This document shows, one piece after another, positions 1-8,530 of a stretch of 32,000 nucleotides of DNA; positions within the stretch are counted from its first letter, which is position 1, and the number at the start of each line of letters is the position of its first letter. The notes below the pieces were generated by a model. It saw only the letters and a program-made list of their open reading frames with translations, was not told the origin of the DNA and did no database searches. Origin of the DNA: Candidatus Electrothrix sp. GW3-4 (GTDB lineage: Bacteria > Desulfobacterota > Desulfobulbia > Desulfobulbales > Desulfobulbaceae); assembly GCF_037902255.1 (NCBI RefSeq), contig NZ_CP147990.1, positions 2,280,001 through 2,312,000 of the forward strand, given 5' to 3'. A program made the translations under genes and the position numbers.

Positions 1-549
1 TTTTCCCCACATCATCTACAGCCCCTTTCATGGTTGTCCCGATATTGGCCACTACAATAGGGACAACATCACGTTTTATCCTGAGGGTCTCTTGCAGATC
101 ATGATAGTCTATTTCCCCGTTATCCAGCGACCTGATCATAATATTTTTGATATTCAACAGGCGCAGTATCTTGGTCACGCTGTAATGGGTATCCTGAGAG
201 TAATAGACAATGGCGTTGGGATAGAGTTCTCTGGCCAGATAGAGACCGTACATATTCCCTTCCGTGCCCCCATTGGTGACATAGCCCCAATAGTCATTAT
301 CTGTATGCGTGAGTTGAGCAAAAAGGAAAGCACTTCTCGCTCAATCTCATGGGTGTTCACCTGATAGTTGCTGGAGACAAAGGGGTCGCCGACATTATTG
401 AGAGCGAACCTGAAAAACTTATATAATTCCGAGTAGTCGAAATCTAAGCTACAGGGATAACCGATAAAGCTCTCAGACTTTTCTTGAAGTTTCCGATACA
501 GCTGAGCAATTTTATCTGCTCCCTGCTGAGAAAGTCGGGATGATCCCAT
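1..549 (-). pseudogene. PLP-dependent (group II) histidine-decarboxylase-like gene. The 3' end runs off the window and the frame is broken by a 1-nt frameshift at the A5/T5 run 320-324.
   Basis: Minus ORF 175..549 reads IGYPCSLDFDYSELYKFFRFALNNVGDPF...NTHEIEREVLSF, the conserved N-terminus of Gram-negative-type PLP histidine decarboxylases. After 320-324 the homologous sequence continues in the adjacent minus frame down to position 1: FAQLTHTDNDYWGYVTNGGTEGNMYGLYLARELYPNAIVYYSQDTHYSVTKILRLL...NGEIDYHDL...ANIGTTMKGAVDD. Family call is from remembered motifs. Confidence 0.75.
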
Positions 550-1171
550 TAATTATCTCTCCTGCGCCGTTGCCTTGGTAAAGATTCACCCTACTGAGTA
601 CAGCGCGGTGTACCGCGAGGCAACATTTCATCTTCAATTTCATTTTCAACAACCCATTATAGAGCGTTTGCGTCTGGTCGAAAAAGGATCAGGTAACAGA
701 CCCAAGCTGACCCCTGAAAAAAATAATCATTCCTGATCAACTTCTCTGGATTGAAAATATTTTTTATTGATTTGTAATTCTCCTCCTGTTATTCCTCCTG
801 TTATGAATGGATGCTTTTACCCTGTAACAAGAAGCTGGCAACCAAGACAACATTCATCTATATTCTCGACATTACGACAATGCAAACCTGACCGTATGCT
901 ACAGCATGGTGGTTACGGCACAATCCGCAAGCCCGATAAAGGACATAAACAGACTTTATCAGGCTTTGTAAAAATGTCAATGTGGCAATACAAGCTGTAA
1001 CGAACAGGGCGAATAAGGGACGGCAACAAACTTGATGAGATAACAGCCTCAGGAAATCAGCACCAAACGCTGTCTCTTCTGCTCCTGAGAAGAAAAGAGA
1101 AGAAAGACGCCTGAGTTGCCTCATAAAGATAAAAAAAAAATTATACTGTGAAGAGAAAAGAGGTGTACCCC

Positions 1172-3078
1172 ATGGAACGATCAACCGACAAGGCAGTAAC
1201 CCATGTGCTGAGCAAACATAAAGGCGGCAAGCAGGTTCAGACCGCTTGGGACAGATACGAGGCCCAGCAACCGCAATGCGGTTTTGGTGAACTCGGCGTC
1301 TGCTGTCGTCATTGCATGCAAGGCCCCTGCCGCATCGACCCCTTTGGTGAAGGCCCTGACCGGGGATCTGCGGCGCTACTGCGGACACCATTGTTGCCCG
1401 TGGACTGGCCCGTACCATCGCAGGCGGCACTGCCTCACATAGTGGCCATGCCCTCCATGTGGCCCATGTCTTCAAGAAAACGCTGGCAGGAGAAGCCCCT
1501 GACTACGCCATCAAGGACGAGGCAAAACTCAAGGCAGTAGCAACTCGCTGTGACATCGAGGTTGCAGGCCGCTCAACCAACGAGATCGCTCTGGAGCTGG
1601 TGGACAAGGCCCTGTCGGAATTTGGCGACAAAGGTGAGGCCCTGACCTGGGCTGCAACCACTGTTACCCCTGGTCGGATTGATACCTGTAACGAGCTGGG
1701 CATCGTGCCCACCAGTATTGACGGCACCATTGCCGAGGTTATGCACCGGACCACCTATGGCGTGGATGCCGACCCGATCAATATCCTCCTTGGTGCCCTG
1801 AAATGTGCAGTGGCTGATTATTCAGCCTGCCATCTGGCCACCGATCTGTCTGACATCCTCTTTGGCACCCCGCAACCTGTGGTCAGCAAGGCCAATCTGG
1901 GGGTACTCAAGGAGGATGCCGTCAATATTGCCCTGCACGGTCATAACCCGCTGCTCAGCGACATCATTGCCCAAGTCGCCTCAGAGCCGGAACTGATTGC
2001 CGAGGCCAAGGCCGCAGGAGCGCCCAAAGGACTCAATGTGGTCGGCATCTGCTGCACTGGCAACGAAGTCCTGATGCGGCACGGCATTCCCCTGGCCACC
2101 AGCTCGGTCTCCCAGGAGGTAGCGATCATGACCGGTGCCCTGGATGCTATGGTGGTGGATTACCAATGCATCATGCCAGCAGTAGCCACCATAGCAGAGT
2201 GCTTTCACACCAAGATCATCACCACCATGCCCATTGCCAAGATGCCCGGTGCCGAGCACATGGCCTTTCAAGATGAAAACGCCGTGGAATGTGCCCGGGC
2301 CATCCTCCGCCAGGGAATCGAGCGCTTCAAGGCCCGCAACCCGGACAAGGTCTGCATCCCGCAGGAGTCTTCCACGGCCATCGCGGGTTTCTCGGCCGAG
2401 GCCATTATTGGCGCCCTGGCCAAGGTCAATGCCGAGGATCCCCTCAAGCCTCTGATCGACCATATCGTGGCAGGCAATATTCGCGGCATCTGCCTCTTTG
2501 CCGGTTGCAACACGGTCAAGGTGCCCCAGGACAAGAACTATGTCGAGATGGTCAAAAAACTCCTGGCCGAGAACGTCCTGATCCTGGCCACGGGCTGTGC
2601 CTCAGGAACCTATGCCCGCCACGGTTTCATGACCTCCGAGGCAACCGAAAAATATGCCGGTAAAGGGCTGGCCGCTGTCCTGACCGCCATTGGCGAGGCC
2701 GCTGGCTTAGGAGCCCCCTTACCGCCGGTTCTCCATATGGGCTCCTGTGTGGATAACCCCAGGGCCGTGGATGTAGCGGCTGCTGTGGCCAATAAGCTGG
2801 GTGTGGACATGAGCCAATTACCGGTTGTGGCCTCGGCCCCGGAAGCAGTCACAGAAAAAGCGGTGGCCATTGGCACCTGGGCTGTGGTTGGAGGCTTCCC
2901 CACCCACCTCGGGGTAGTGCCGCCAGTGCTGGGCAGCAAGCTGGTGACCGAGACCCTCACGGCCACCCTGAAAGATCTGCTGGGCGGCTATTTCCTTGTT
3001 GAGCCGGATCCGGCCAAGGCGGCTGAGGCCCTGCTCGCGGTAATCAATGAACGCCGGGCTGGCCTGGGCCTGTCATAA
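1172..3078 (+). pseudogene. cooS: Anaerobic carbon-monoxide dehydrogenase catalytic subunit CooS, split by a 1-nt frameshift at the G4 run 1362-1365
   Basis: ATG 1172 is preceded by GAGGTG. The N-terminal piece carries WDRYEAQQPQCGFGELGVCCRHCMQGPCRIDPFGEGPDRG (CooS cysteine motifs). The expected continuation ICGATADTIVARGLARTIAGGTASHSGHALHVAHVFK is open in the frame of ORF 1459..3078 from ~1366. The joined product is ~635 aa, the normal CooS size. Confidence 0.85.
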
Positions 3079-3088
3079 GGAGGCGATC

Positions 3089-3582
3089 ATGGAAGTTATT
3101 TATGTCAGAGCGGATCGCTGCCTGGGCTGCAAGACCTGTGAGGTTGAGTGCCGGGTTGCCCATGCCGATAATGAGGATAATGAGAAAACGCTGTTGGCCG
3201 CAATCAGGCAGGCGCGGCCTCCCAAAAGGAGGCTGTTCGTGGAACAGGGAGCAACCGGTAAGGTCCCGGTGATCTGTCGCCACTGCGAAGAGGCCCCTGT
3301 ATTGTTGACTGTATCAGCGGCAGCATCTACCGGGACGAACAGGGCTTTGTCCGGCGCAAAAAGGAACGCTGCATGGGTTGCTGGTCCTGTATCATGGCCT
3401 GTCCCTTTGGAGTGGTTGTCCGGGATGCAGAGGCCCATATCGCGGTGAAATGCGATCACTGTCCTGATCTGGAGACCCCGGCCTGTGTGGCGGGCTGCCC
3501 GACTAAGGCCCTGCTGCTGGTTGATGTAGACAGCCTGCCCCAGGAGCGCCGCAAAGAACTTCTGCTCACAAAAGAGGCCTGA
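3089..3582 (+). pseudogene. cooF: CooF-type 4Fe-4S ferredoxin, split by a 1-nt frameshift at the C4 run 3294-3297
   Basis: ATG 3089 follows AAGGAGG at 3078-3084. Cys motifs present: CLGCKTCEVEC, CRHCEEAP, CMGCWSCIMACP, CDHC...CVAGCP. After CRHCEEAP the sequence CIVDCISGSIYRDEQGFVRRKKERCMGCW is read only in the frame of ORF 3373..3582. Confidence 0.8.
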
Positions 3583-4796
3583 TGATGAGGTATGTTATTG
3601 TTGGCGGCTCCATTGCCGCCACCACGGCCCTCAATGTAATCCGAGCCAATAGGCTGGATGCGGAGATCCAGGTGGTCGCGGATGAGGCAAGGCCCTTTTA
3701 TTACCGGGCGCTGATCCCCTTTCTCCTAGACAACAGCCGGAGCGTGGAGGAGCTCCTCTTTACCGAGCAACCCACGGACGATGAACGGGTCCAATTCCGT
3801 CATGATCGCTGTATCGGTGTGGACCCGCAACAAGGGGCCATTGGCCTGGCCTCAGGCGGTACCCTGCCCTATGACAGGCTCCTGCTGGCCGCAGGCAGTT
3901 CGTCTCTTACCCCTGATATCGCTGGGGTGGACAGCAAAGGGGTCTTTAGCCTCCGTGACCTGGATGAAGCCCTCAAGGTTCGAGCGTATCTGAAGGGATG
4001 CAAAAATGCCGTGGTGATCGGCGGTGCCCTTGCTGGCATCAAGATGGCCGAGGCCCTCCAGCGCACTGCTCTGCAGGTGGCCGTGGTCGAGCAGCGTCGC
4101 CATATCCTGCCCCACATAGCAGATACGGAAACCGCCCAGCGTATAGGCCAACGGCTGGGGCAGGAGGGGATGGAGATCCTCACCAGCGACTCGGCCGCAG
4201 AGATCCTGGCCTCAGACGGCAAGGTCACAGGAGTCCGGCTTTCTTCAGGAAAAACGGTTCCCGCTGATCTGGTTCTGCTGATGACGGGTGTACAGCCCAA
4301 TATCGAATTTCTTGCCGGATCCGGTATTGCTCTTGATCAGGCGGTGTTGACGGACCAGGAGATGCAGACCTCGGTCCCGGATATCTATGCTGCCGGAGAT
4401 ATGGTCCAGATCCATGACCCGGTCATGGGTAAGGATGTGGTCAGCGCCCTCTGGGGCAATGCCGTGCACATGGGGCGGACTGCGGGCTTTAATATGAGTG
4501 GCATCAAGGCACTTGCCCCGCCCTTGCTCTCCTCATTCAACAGCACCGAGATCGCTGGGTTGCCGATTATCTCGGCTGGCCTGCTCCATACCCAGTCAGA
4601 GCAGTATGCCGTCTACGCAGAGGCCCAGGACGAAAATTACCGCAAACTCATCTTTGCCCAGGATCGCCTTGTAGGCATGATCTTTCTGGGCAAGGTGAAC
4701 AGGGCTGGTGTCTACACCAACCTGATTCGCAACCGAATCCCCCTGGGGGACCGGCGAGACGCCTTGATTCGGGAGGTCATGGGAGAGATCGCCTAA
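3582..4796 (+). CDS. FAD/NAD(P)-dependent pyridine-nucleotide-disulfide-type oxidoreductase, third gene of the coo cluster
   Basis: Intact 404-aa ORF whose ATG overlaps the cooF stop (TGATG). It has two dinucleotide-binding motifs (VIVGGSIAATTA, VVIGGALAGIKMAEAL) and a YAAGD FAD motif. Confidence 0.8.
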   Translation: MMRYVIVGGSIAATTALNVIRANRLDAEIQVVADEARPFYYRALIPFLLDNSRSVEELLFTEQPTDDERVQFRHDRCIGVDPQQGAIGLASGGTLPYDRLLLAAGSSSLTPDIAGVDSKGVFSLRDLDEALKVRAYLKGCKNAVVIGGALAGIKMAEALQRTALQVAVVEQRRHILPHIADTETAQRIGQRLGQEGMEILTSDSAAEILASDGKVTGVRLSSGKTVPADLVLLMTGVQPNIEFLAGSGIALDQAVLTDQEMQTSVPDIYAAGDMVQIHDPVMGKDVVSALWGNAVHMGRTAGFNMSGIKALAPPLLSSFNSTEIAGLPIISAGLLHTQSEQYAVYAEAQDENYRKLIFAQDRLVGMIFLGKVNRAGVYTNLIRNRIPLGDRRDALIREVMGEIA

Positions 4797-4886
4797 GGGT
4801 TCATCAAAACATACCCTTACACCTCCCCCTTCTTCCCAGTACCTTGCTTGTTCCGCAACAAAATTGATAGGTTCGTACTCACAGCG

Positions 4887-5079
4887 CGGGCATCCTTTCT
4901 TAAAGGCTGCCCATTTTTTTTATATCTCCAGCTCACTCTTTATCCCTTCCCGCAACGCATCATAGAAAACACTGTCTCCTATTCCCATTTCCTGAATATC
5001 GCCCAATTGCCATAATCCGCAAGCTGTAGCCCATATTTGACATTGAGGCATGATGCAGCACCCGGAACTGACAACCTGA
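4887..5079 (-). repeat. Left copy of a ~190-bp direct repeat: a degraded, orphaned 3' end of a DUF3800 gene plus terminator half
   Basis: Colinear with 12659-12849 at high identity by eye, with small indels (T8 vs T5; ctcctattccc vs cccctgattccc; gtagcccat vs gtagccccat) that break the frame. It still encodes ...GLQLADYGNWAIFRKWE on the minus strand. Confidence 0.85.
4888..4921 (+). terminator. Rho-independent terminator of the coo cluster
   Basis: GGGCA(t)CC at 4888-4895 pairs with GG(c)TGCCC at 4905-4912. It is followed by a T8 run at 4914-4921, ~90 nt after the oxidoreductase stop. Confidence 0.6.
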
Positions 5080-5092
5080 GTATGCATTCAGC

Positions 5093-6547
5093 ATGTCCGG
5101 GCTGTGCTGGTACCGCTTTGATGAAAACTGCTGGCGGAAATGTGCCGCTGCGGAGTTTGAGGGTGCCCTGAACGCTCTGCTCTACCCGGCAACTGCCGGA
5201 CTCGGTTTCAGCAACAATTACCAAAACGGAATAAGCCAGCTCTTGCAGAAGAGCGGACGGAACCCGCTACCCGATCCCCTACCCGGCACCATCCCCTTTC
5301 AAAATGGTCTGCTGGATCAAAGATCAATGGAGTTGTCACCTGTGACCCCTGAAAATGCCCATACCTGGGTATTGCCTTATGAATACTCCCCTGATGCTGA
5401 TTGCCCAAACTTCCTTGCATGGCTTAAAACAGCTTTGGACGATGACCCGGAGTCTATCCGACTGATTCAGGCATGGTTCAACGCACTGCTGACTGGCCGC
5501 CCGGATTTACAGGTTTTCTTCCATCTCATCGGCCCGGCAGGCACAGGCAAAAGCACTCTGGGAAGGCTGGCTTTTCAATTGGTGGGCAATGAAAACACCA
5601 CCACAACCAGCCTGAAGGAACTGGAAACCAATAAATTTGAAACCGCCAATATCCACGGCAAACGGTTAACCGCCATTGAAGAGGCGGACAAGTACGGCGG
5701 TTCGGTCAGCCAACTGAAGGCCATGACCGGACAAGACCCGCTACGGCTGGAGCGCAAGAACAAACAGCAGGAAGGTTCATTCATCTATGAGGGGCAAACC
5801 CTTATGATGAGCAATGAACGGCTTGTCAGCACGGATTATACAAGCGGCCTTGAGCGCAGAAGAATAACCCTTGAATTCTACAGAAGGATAACAAAGGAAA
5901 AGCGGGCCGCATGGGACAAACGCGGCGGTGAGCGGGCGATTCTGTACAAGGAGGCACCGGGTATCATCAATTGGGCCTTGCGGCTTCCCCGTGAAGAGGT
6001 CACGGATATTTTCAGGTCTATGCCGGAACGGGTACGCCGGGCCAATCTGGACGCGGCCATGTTCAACAATCCTCTCTTTGCCTGGATGGCGGAAAACCTC
6101 CTGCCTGATTCTGATTCGTCGGTGCAGATAGGCGTAAAAAAGGAACATCGGGAAGATGGAGCTGTTTCTTATGAGCACTCCGATGACCGGCTGTATCCTA
6201 ATTATCTGATCTGGTGCAAAGAAAACGGCAGGGAAAGCGTTTCAAACCAGCGTTTCAGCGCATCAGTGACAGATGCAGCACAGACGCAGGGGGCGCACGT
6301 ATACAAGAAAAAGGTGAGCGACGGCATGAAAATGTTCGGACTGCGGATTCGCCGGGAGGGGGAAAGCTCATGGCTTGAAGAACTTAAAGGCGGAGAGATG
6401 CAGGATGAAATGCAGACCGGAATGAAGGATAACTATCTGGAAGTGCAGGAGATGCAGGAGATGCAGGGCTTTTCATCAACTTCCTCTCATGAAAGAGGGT
6501 ATATACCCTCTGACTCTCCGGCTGAACAGGTTGAGGTGGAGTTTTGA
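5093..6547 (+). CDS. P4-family primase C-terminal / D5-like NTPase (primase-helicase) protein, probably 5'-truncated
   Basis: 484-aa ORF. It has a D5_N-like region (LPYEYSPDADCPNFLAWLKTALDDDPESIRLIQAWFNALLTG), Walker A (GPAGTGKST) and a Walker B-like site (RLTAIEEADKY). The frame is open only from 5072, at the repeat boundary 5079/5080. Confidence 0.7.
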   Translation: MSGLCWYRFDENCWRKCAAAEFEGALNALLYPATAGLGFSNNYQNGISQLLQKSGRNPLPDPLPGTIPFQNGLLDQRSMELSPVTPENAHTWVLPYEYSPDADCPNFLAWLKTALDDDPESIRLIQAWFNALLTGRPDLQVFFHLIGPAGTGKSTLGRLAFQLVGNENTTTTSLKELETNKFETANIHGKRLTAIEEADKYGGSVSQLKAMTGQDPLRLERKNKQQEGSFIYEGQTLMMSNERLVSTDYTSGLERRRITLEFYRRITKEKRAAWDKRGGERAILYKEAPGIINWALRLPREEVTDIFRSMPERVRRANLDAAMFNNPLFAWMAENLLPDSDSSVQIGVKKEHREDGAVSYEHSDDRLYPNYLIWCKENGRESVSNQRFSASVTDAAQTQGAHVYKKKVSDGMKMFGLRIRREGESSWLEELKGGEMQDEMQTGMKDNYLEVQEMQEMQGFSSTSSHERGYIPSDSPAEQVEVEF

Positions 6548-6954
6548 AACCGGCAGCTTTTCTTGAACTTGCCGAACAGGCAGGGGTAATCCTCTCTATC
6601 GGTTCGGTAGGGAAGATCAAGGCAAAGGGCGGGGCGGAGCAGGTAGACCGCTTCGCCCCGCTTATCCGGGAGCATAAAGCGGAGCTGCTGGCGTTCCTTC
6701 AGAGCGGATCAGCGCGGCGGCATGAATCGCCGTTGCCGTTTCTGGATGATCAGGGCAGGCTACGAATTCCCCTTGATGCTGATGATAAATACCGGTATTG
6801 GCAGGGCGGGCAATCGGTCTTTGCTACCCTGCTGGAGCTGGGAGCGTCGGACAAAGAGATTGAGGCGCATATAGGGCCGATCAGCACCTCGGAGAGCTGG
6901 CGGCAATGGCAGAAGAAACCCGCATCATTTGCGCGGCTTGATTTTGTTCTGTGA
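6544..6954 (+). CDS. Hypothetical protein of 136 aa. The N-terminus resembles a TubC_N-like docking motif often seen next to mobile-element primases.
   Basis: The TTG start overlaps the primase stop (TTGA). The motif is FLELAEQAGVILSIGSVGKIKAKGGAEQVDRFAPLIREHKAELLAFL. No firm family assignment. Confidence 0.45.
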   Translation: MKPAAFLELAEQAGVILSIGSVGKIKAKGGAEQVDRFAPLIREHKAELLAFLQSGSARRHESPLPFLDDQGRLRIPLDADDKYRYWQGGQSVFATLLELGASDKEIEAHIGPISTSESWRQWQKKPASFARLDFVL

Positions 6955-7082
6955 TACCTATGCGGGTACCTTTCTGTATAAAATTCCAGATTCCAGTTTA
7001 CTTTTTTAATTCAGCATGGTTTAAGTTTTGTTTGGGCATCACTATGATTATATTTGCTTTTTATCACTATCAGGGGGTTGGA

Positions 7083-7967
7083 ATGGTATTGTACGAAGAT
7101 TTTGATTTTGATGTATTAAATGATCCTGAATTTAAGGAGGATTCTGTACGAGAAGAGCTTGTGCAACCTCTAGTGAAGTTTCTTGGATATAAAGTTTCTG
7201 GAAATATACGAGTTATAAGAAGTCGATCATTAAAACATCCTTTCGTATCTATTGGTTCAACTAGAAATAAGATCTCGATAATTCCTGATTATGTATTTGA
7301 AGTAAATGGTAAAGTTCACTGGATATTGGATGCAAAATCCCCCTCTGAAAATATCTCAAAAACTAAGCATGTAGAACAGGCGTATAGCTATTCAATACAT
7401 CCTGAGATAAGGTCAAATCTTTACGCTCTGTGTAACGGAAGAGAATTTATTTTATATGATGTAAAAAAGAATGATCCTGTCTTGTTTTTCAAAATGACCG
7501 ATATTGATGAGTCCATCGAGAATCTTGTCAGAATTTTAGACCCTCGATTTATGGCTAATTCAGACGTTGTAGATTTTTATCCTGATTTGGGGCTGGCTTT
7601 AAGAAAGATAGGGAAAAGCCCAGGGTTTAGATTTATAGCTTTAAGTGTCCATGCGAATTTCATTTCTAAAGTTCAAGATGGTAAATATACAACGAGTACT
7701 TTGATACCTGATGACGGGAGAGGTCTGTTAGGAAGTTTTGACTTTGATGAAAATCTCTACAGAAAGTTGCTATCAATAGTTGATGAGGAGAAAGCAAGGT
7801 TAATAGAACAGTCACTATCTCAACAACCATATTCCTTGATGTTAGAAAATGAAGAATTCCTTTTCGGTTTAGTAGCGGATCTTCAGGGAGAGGTTGTAAA
7901 TAAACCAGAAGAGTCATTTGTCCCTTTTAAGGTTATTGATTTCATGCCATACAGTGAAGCACCTTAA
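7083..7967 (+). CDS. HsdR_N-like (type I restriction enzyme R N-terminal domain) PD-(D/E)xK nuclease-fold protein with a C-terminal half of unknown function
   Basis: ATG 7083 follows a GGGGG run and is preferred over the 6951 start of the track. The motif layout is EELVQPLVKFLGYK...IPDYVFEVNGKVHWILDAKSP...QAYSYS...LCNGREFILYD, matching the D...(D/E)xK...Q..Y...NG pattern of HSDR_N_2. The gene is visibly AT-rich. Confidence 0.6.
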   Translation: MVLYEDFDFDVLNDPEFKEDSVREELVQPLVKFLGYKVSGNIRVIRSRSLKHPFVSIGSTRNKISIIPDYVFEVNGKVHWILDAKSPSENISKTKHVEQAYSYSIHPEIRSNLYALCNGREFILYDVKKNDPVLFFKMTDIDESIENLVRILDPRFMANSDVVDFYPDLGLALRKIGKSPGFRFIALSVHANFISKVQDGKYTTSTLIPDDGRGLLGSFDFDENLYRKLLSIVDEEKARLIEQSLSQQPYSLMLENEEFLFGLVADLQGEVVNKPEESFVPFKVIDFMPYSEAP

Positions 7968-8406
7968 TAAAAAAAACTGAATGATAAGCATATGAGCTTA
8001 TTATAATATTAAAAAGTCGCATAATGTGTGATTATGTTAAATCCTGCTCCCTGCCGAGACGGATACCGGAACAACACTGCCGCCTTTACCCCCCTTGCGA
8101 TCACTATCAACGAAGGGCAATCAGTCCGCTCTGTTCAACCTCAATCAACACCGCAACAGTAAAGGAAGCACACCCGCACGGGAACAGGTGTTTCCTTTTG
8201 CCGACACAGCAAACTCGATACGCGGCCTGAAGAGCATTCGACCGCAGAGAAAATTTTATCCTGCCTTCCCCGAAAGCCCCGCCCGGTCAAAGCAAGCCCG
8301 CAATCGACACAGAGCACCCCGGAGAGCTGGCGGTGGTGGGTGGAGATTAAGGAGGGGCAGCAGGATTGAGTGTTCATTTTTAGTTTTTTTTGAGGTAAAA
8401 TAAAAG

Positions 8407-8435
8407 ATGATATATTATCATGCTGAACTATTCAG
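8407..8435 (+). promoter_or_regulatory. Two adjacent palindromes upstream of the Panacea/toxin operon, candidate operator sites
   Basis: ATGATA-tat-TATCAT at 8407-8421 and CTGAA-cta-TTCAG at 8423-8435, about 100 nt upstream of ATG 8531 in an AT-rich spacer. Confidence 0.3.
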
Positions 8436-8530
8436 TTCAGATGGCAGGAAGCGGGAACCCTGTTTATATCCTTAAATATCGTTATATTACATGTCGTAAC
8501 GGTTGATAGAACTCTATAGCGCAAGAATAA

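Noticed and set aside
767-1000. 77-aa ORF in the hdc-cooS divergent intergenic region
   Set aside because: It has no SD and no motif, and it lies in a likely promoter region. It is not supportable.
858-1475. 205-aa minus-strand ORF spanning the cooS 5' region and upstream spacer
   Set aside because: It overlaps the well-supported cooS start, has low-complexity content and lacks an SD. It is judged spurious.
1503-2966. Several 60-160-aa ORFs on both strands inside cooS (1503..1754, 1981..2463, 2289..2663, 2610..2966 and others)
   Set aside because: These are alternative-frame or antisense ORFs of a GC-rich gene. Their composition is Arg/Pro/Gly-rich and they have no start context, whereas the CooS frame explains the region.
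4797-4905. Search for a direct repeat of the tRNA-Lys 3' end marking the distal island border
   Set aside because: No match to tggtgggccgtgaaggattcgaacc was found here or elsewhere in the island by eye. The ggtcgaatcgg at ~12650-12660 only resembles the palindromic TTCGA core.
4979-5224. 81-aa minus-strand ORF
   Set aside because: Its C-terminal part (GLQLADYGNWAIFRKWE) is just the degraded left copy of the DUF3800 3' end. The rest runs antisense into the primase-like gene. It is a relic, not a gene.
6384-6480. Short gagatgcag(ga) repeats near the 3' end of the primase-like gene
   Set aside because: They are in frame and encode a Glu/Met/Gln-rich low-complexity tail (EMQDEMQ...EMQEMQ). There is no independent repeat structure beyond three short copies.
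8095-8403. ORFs 8024..8230, 8095..8403 (+) and 8141..8377 (-) in the GC-rich block
   Set aside because: They lack SDs and have Arg/Pro/Ser-rich, motif-free products. They overlap each other in all frames, as expected for a non-coding GC-rich stretch.
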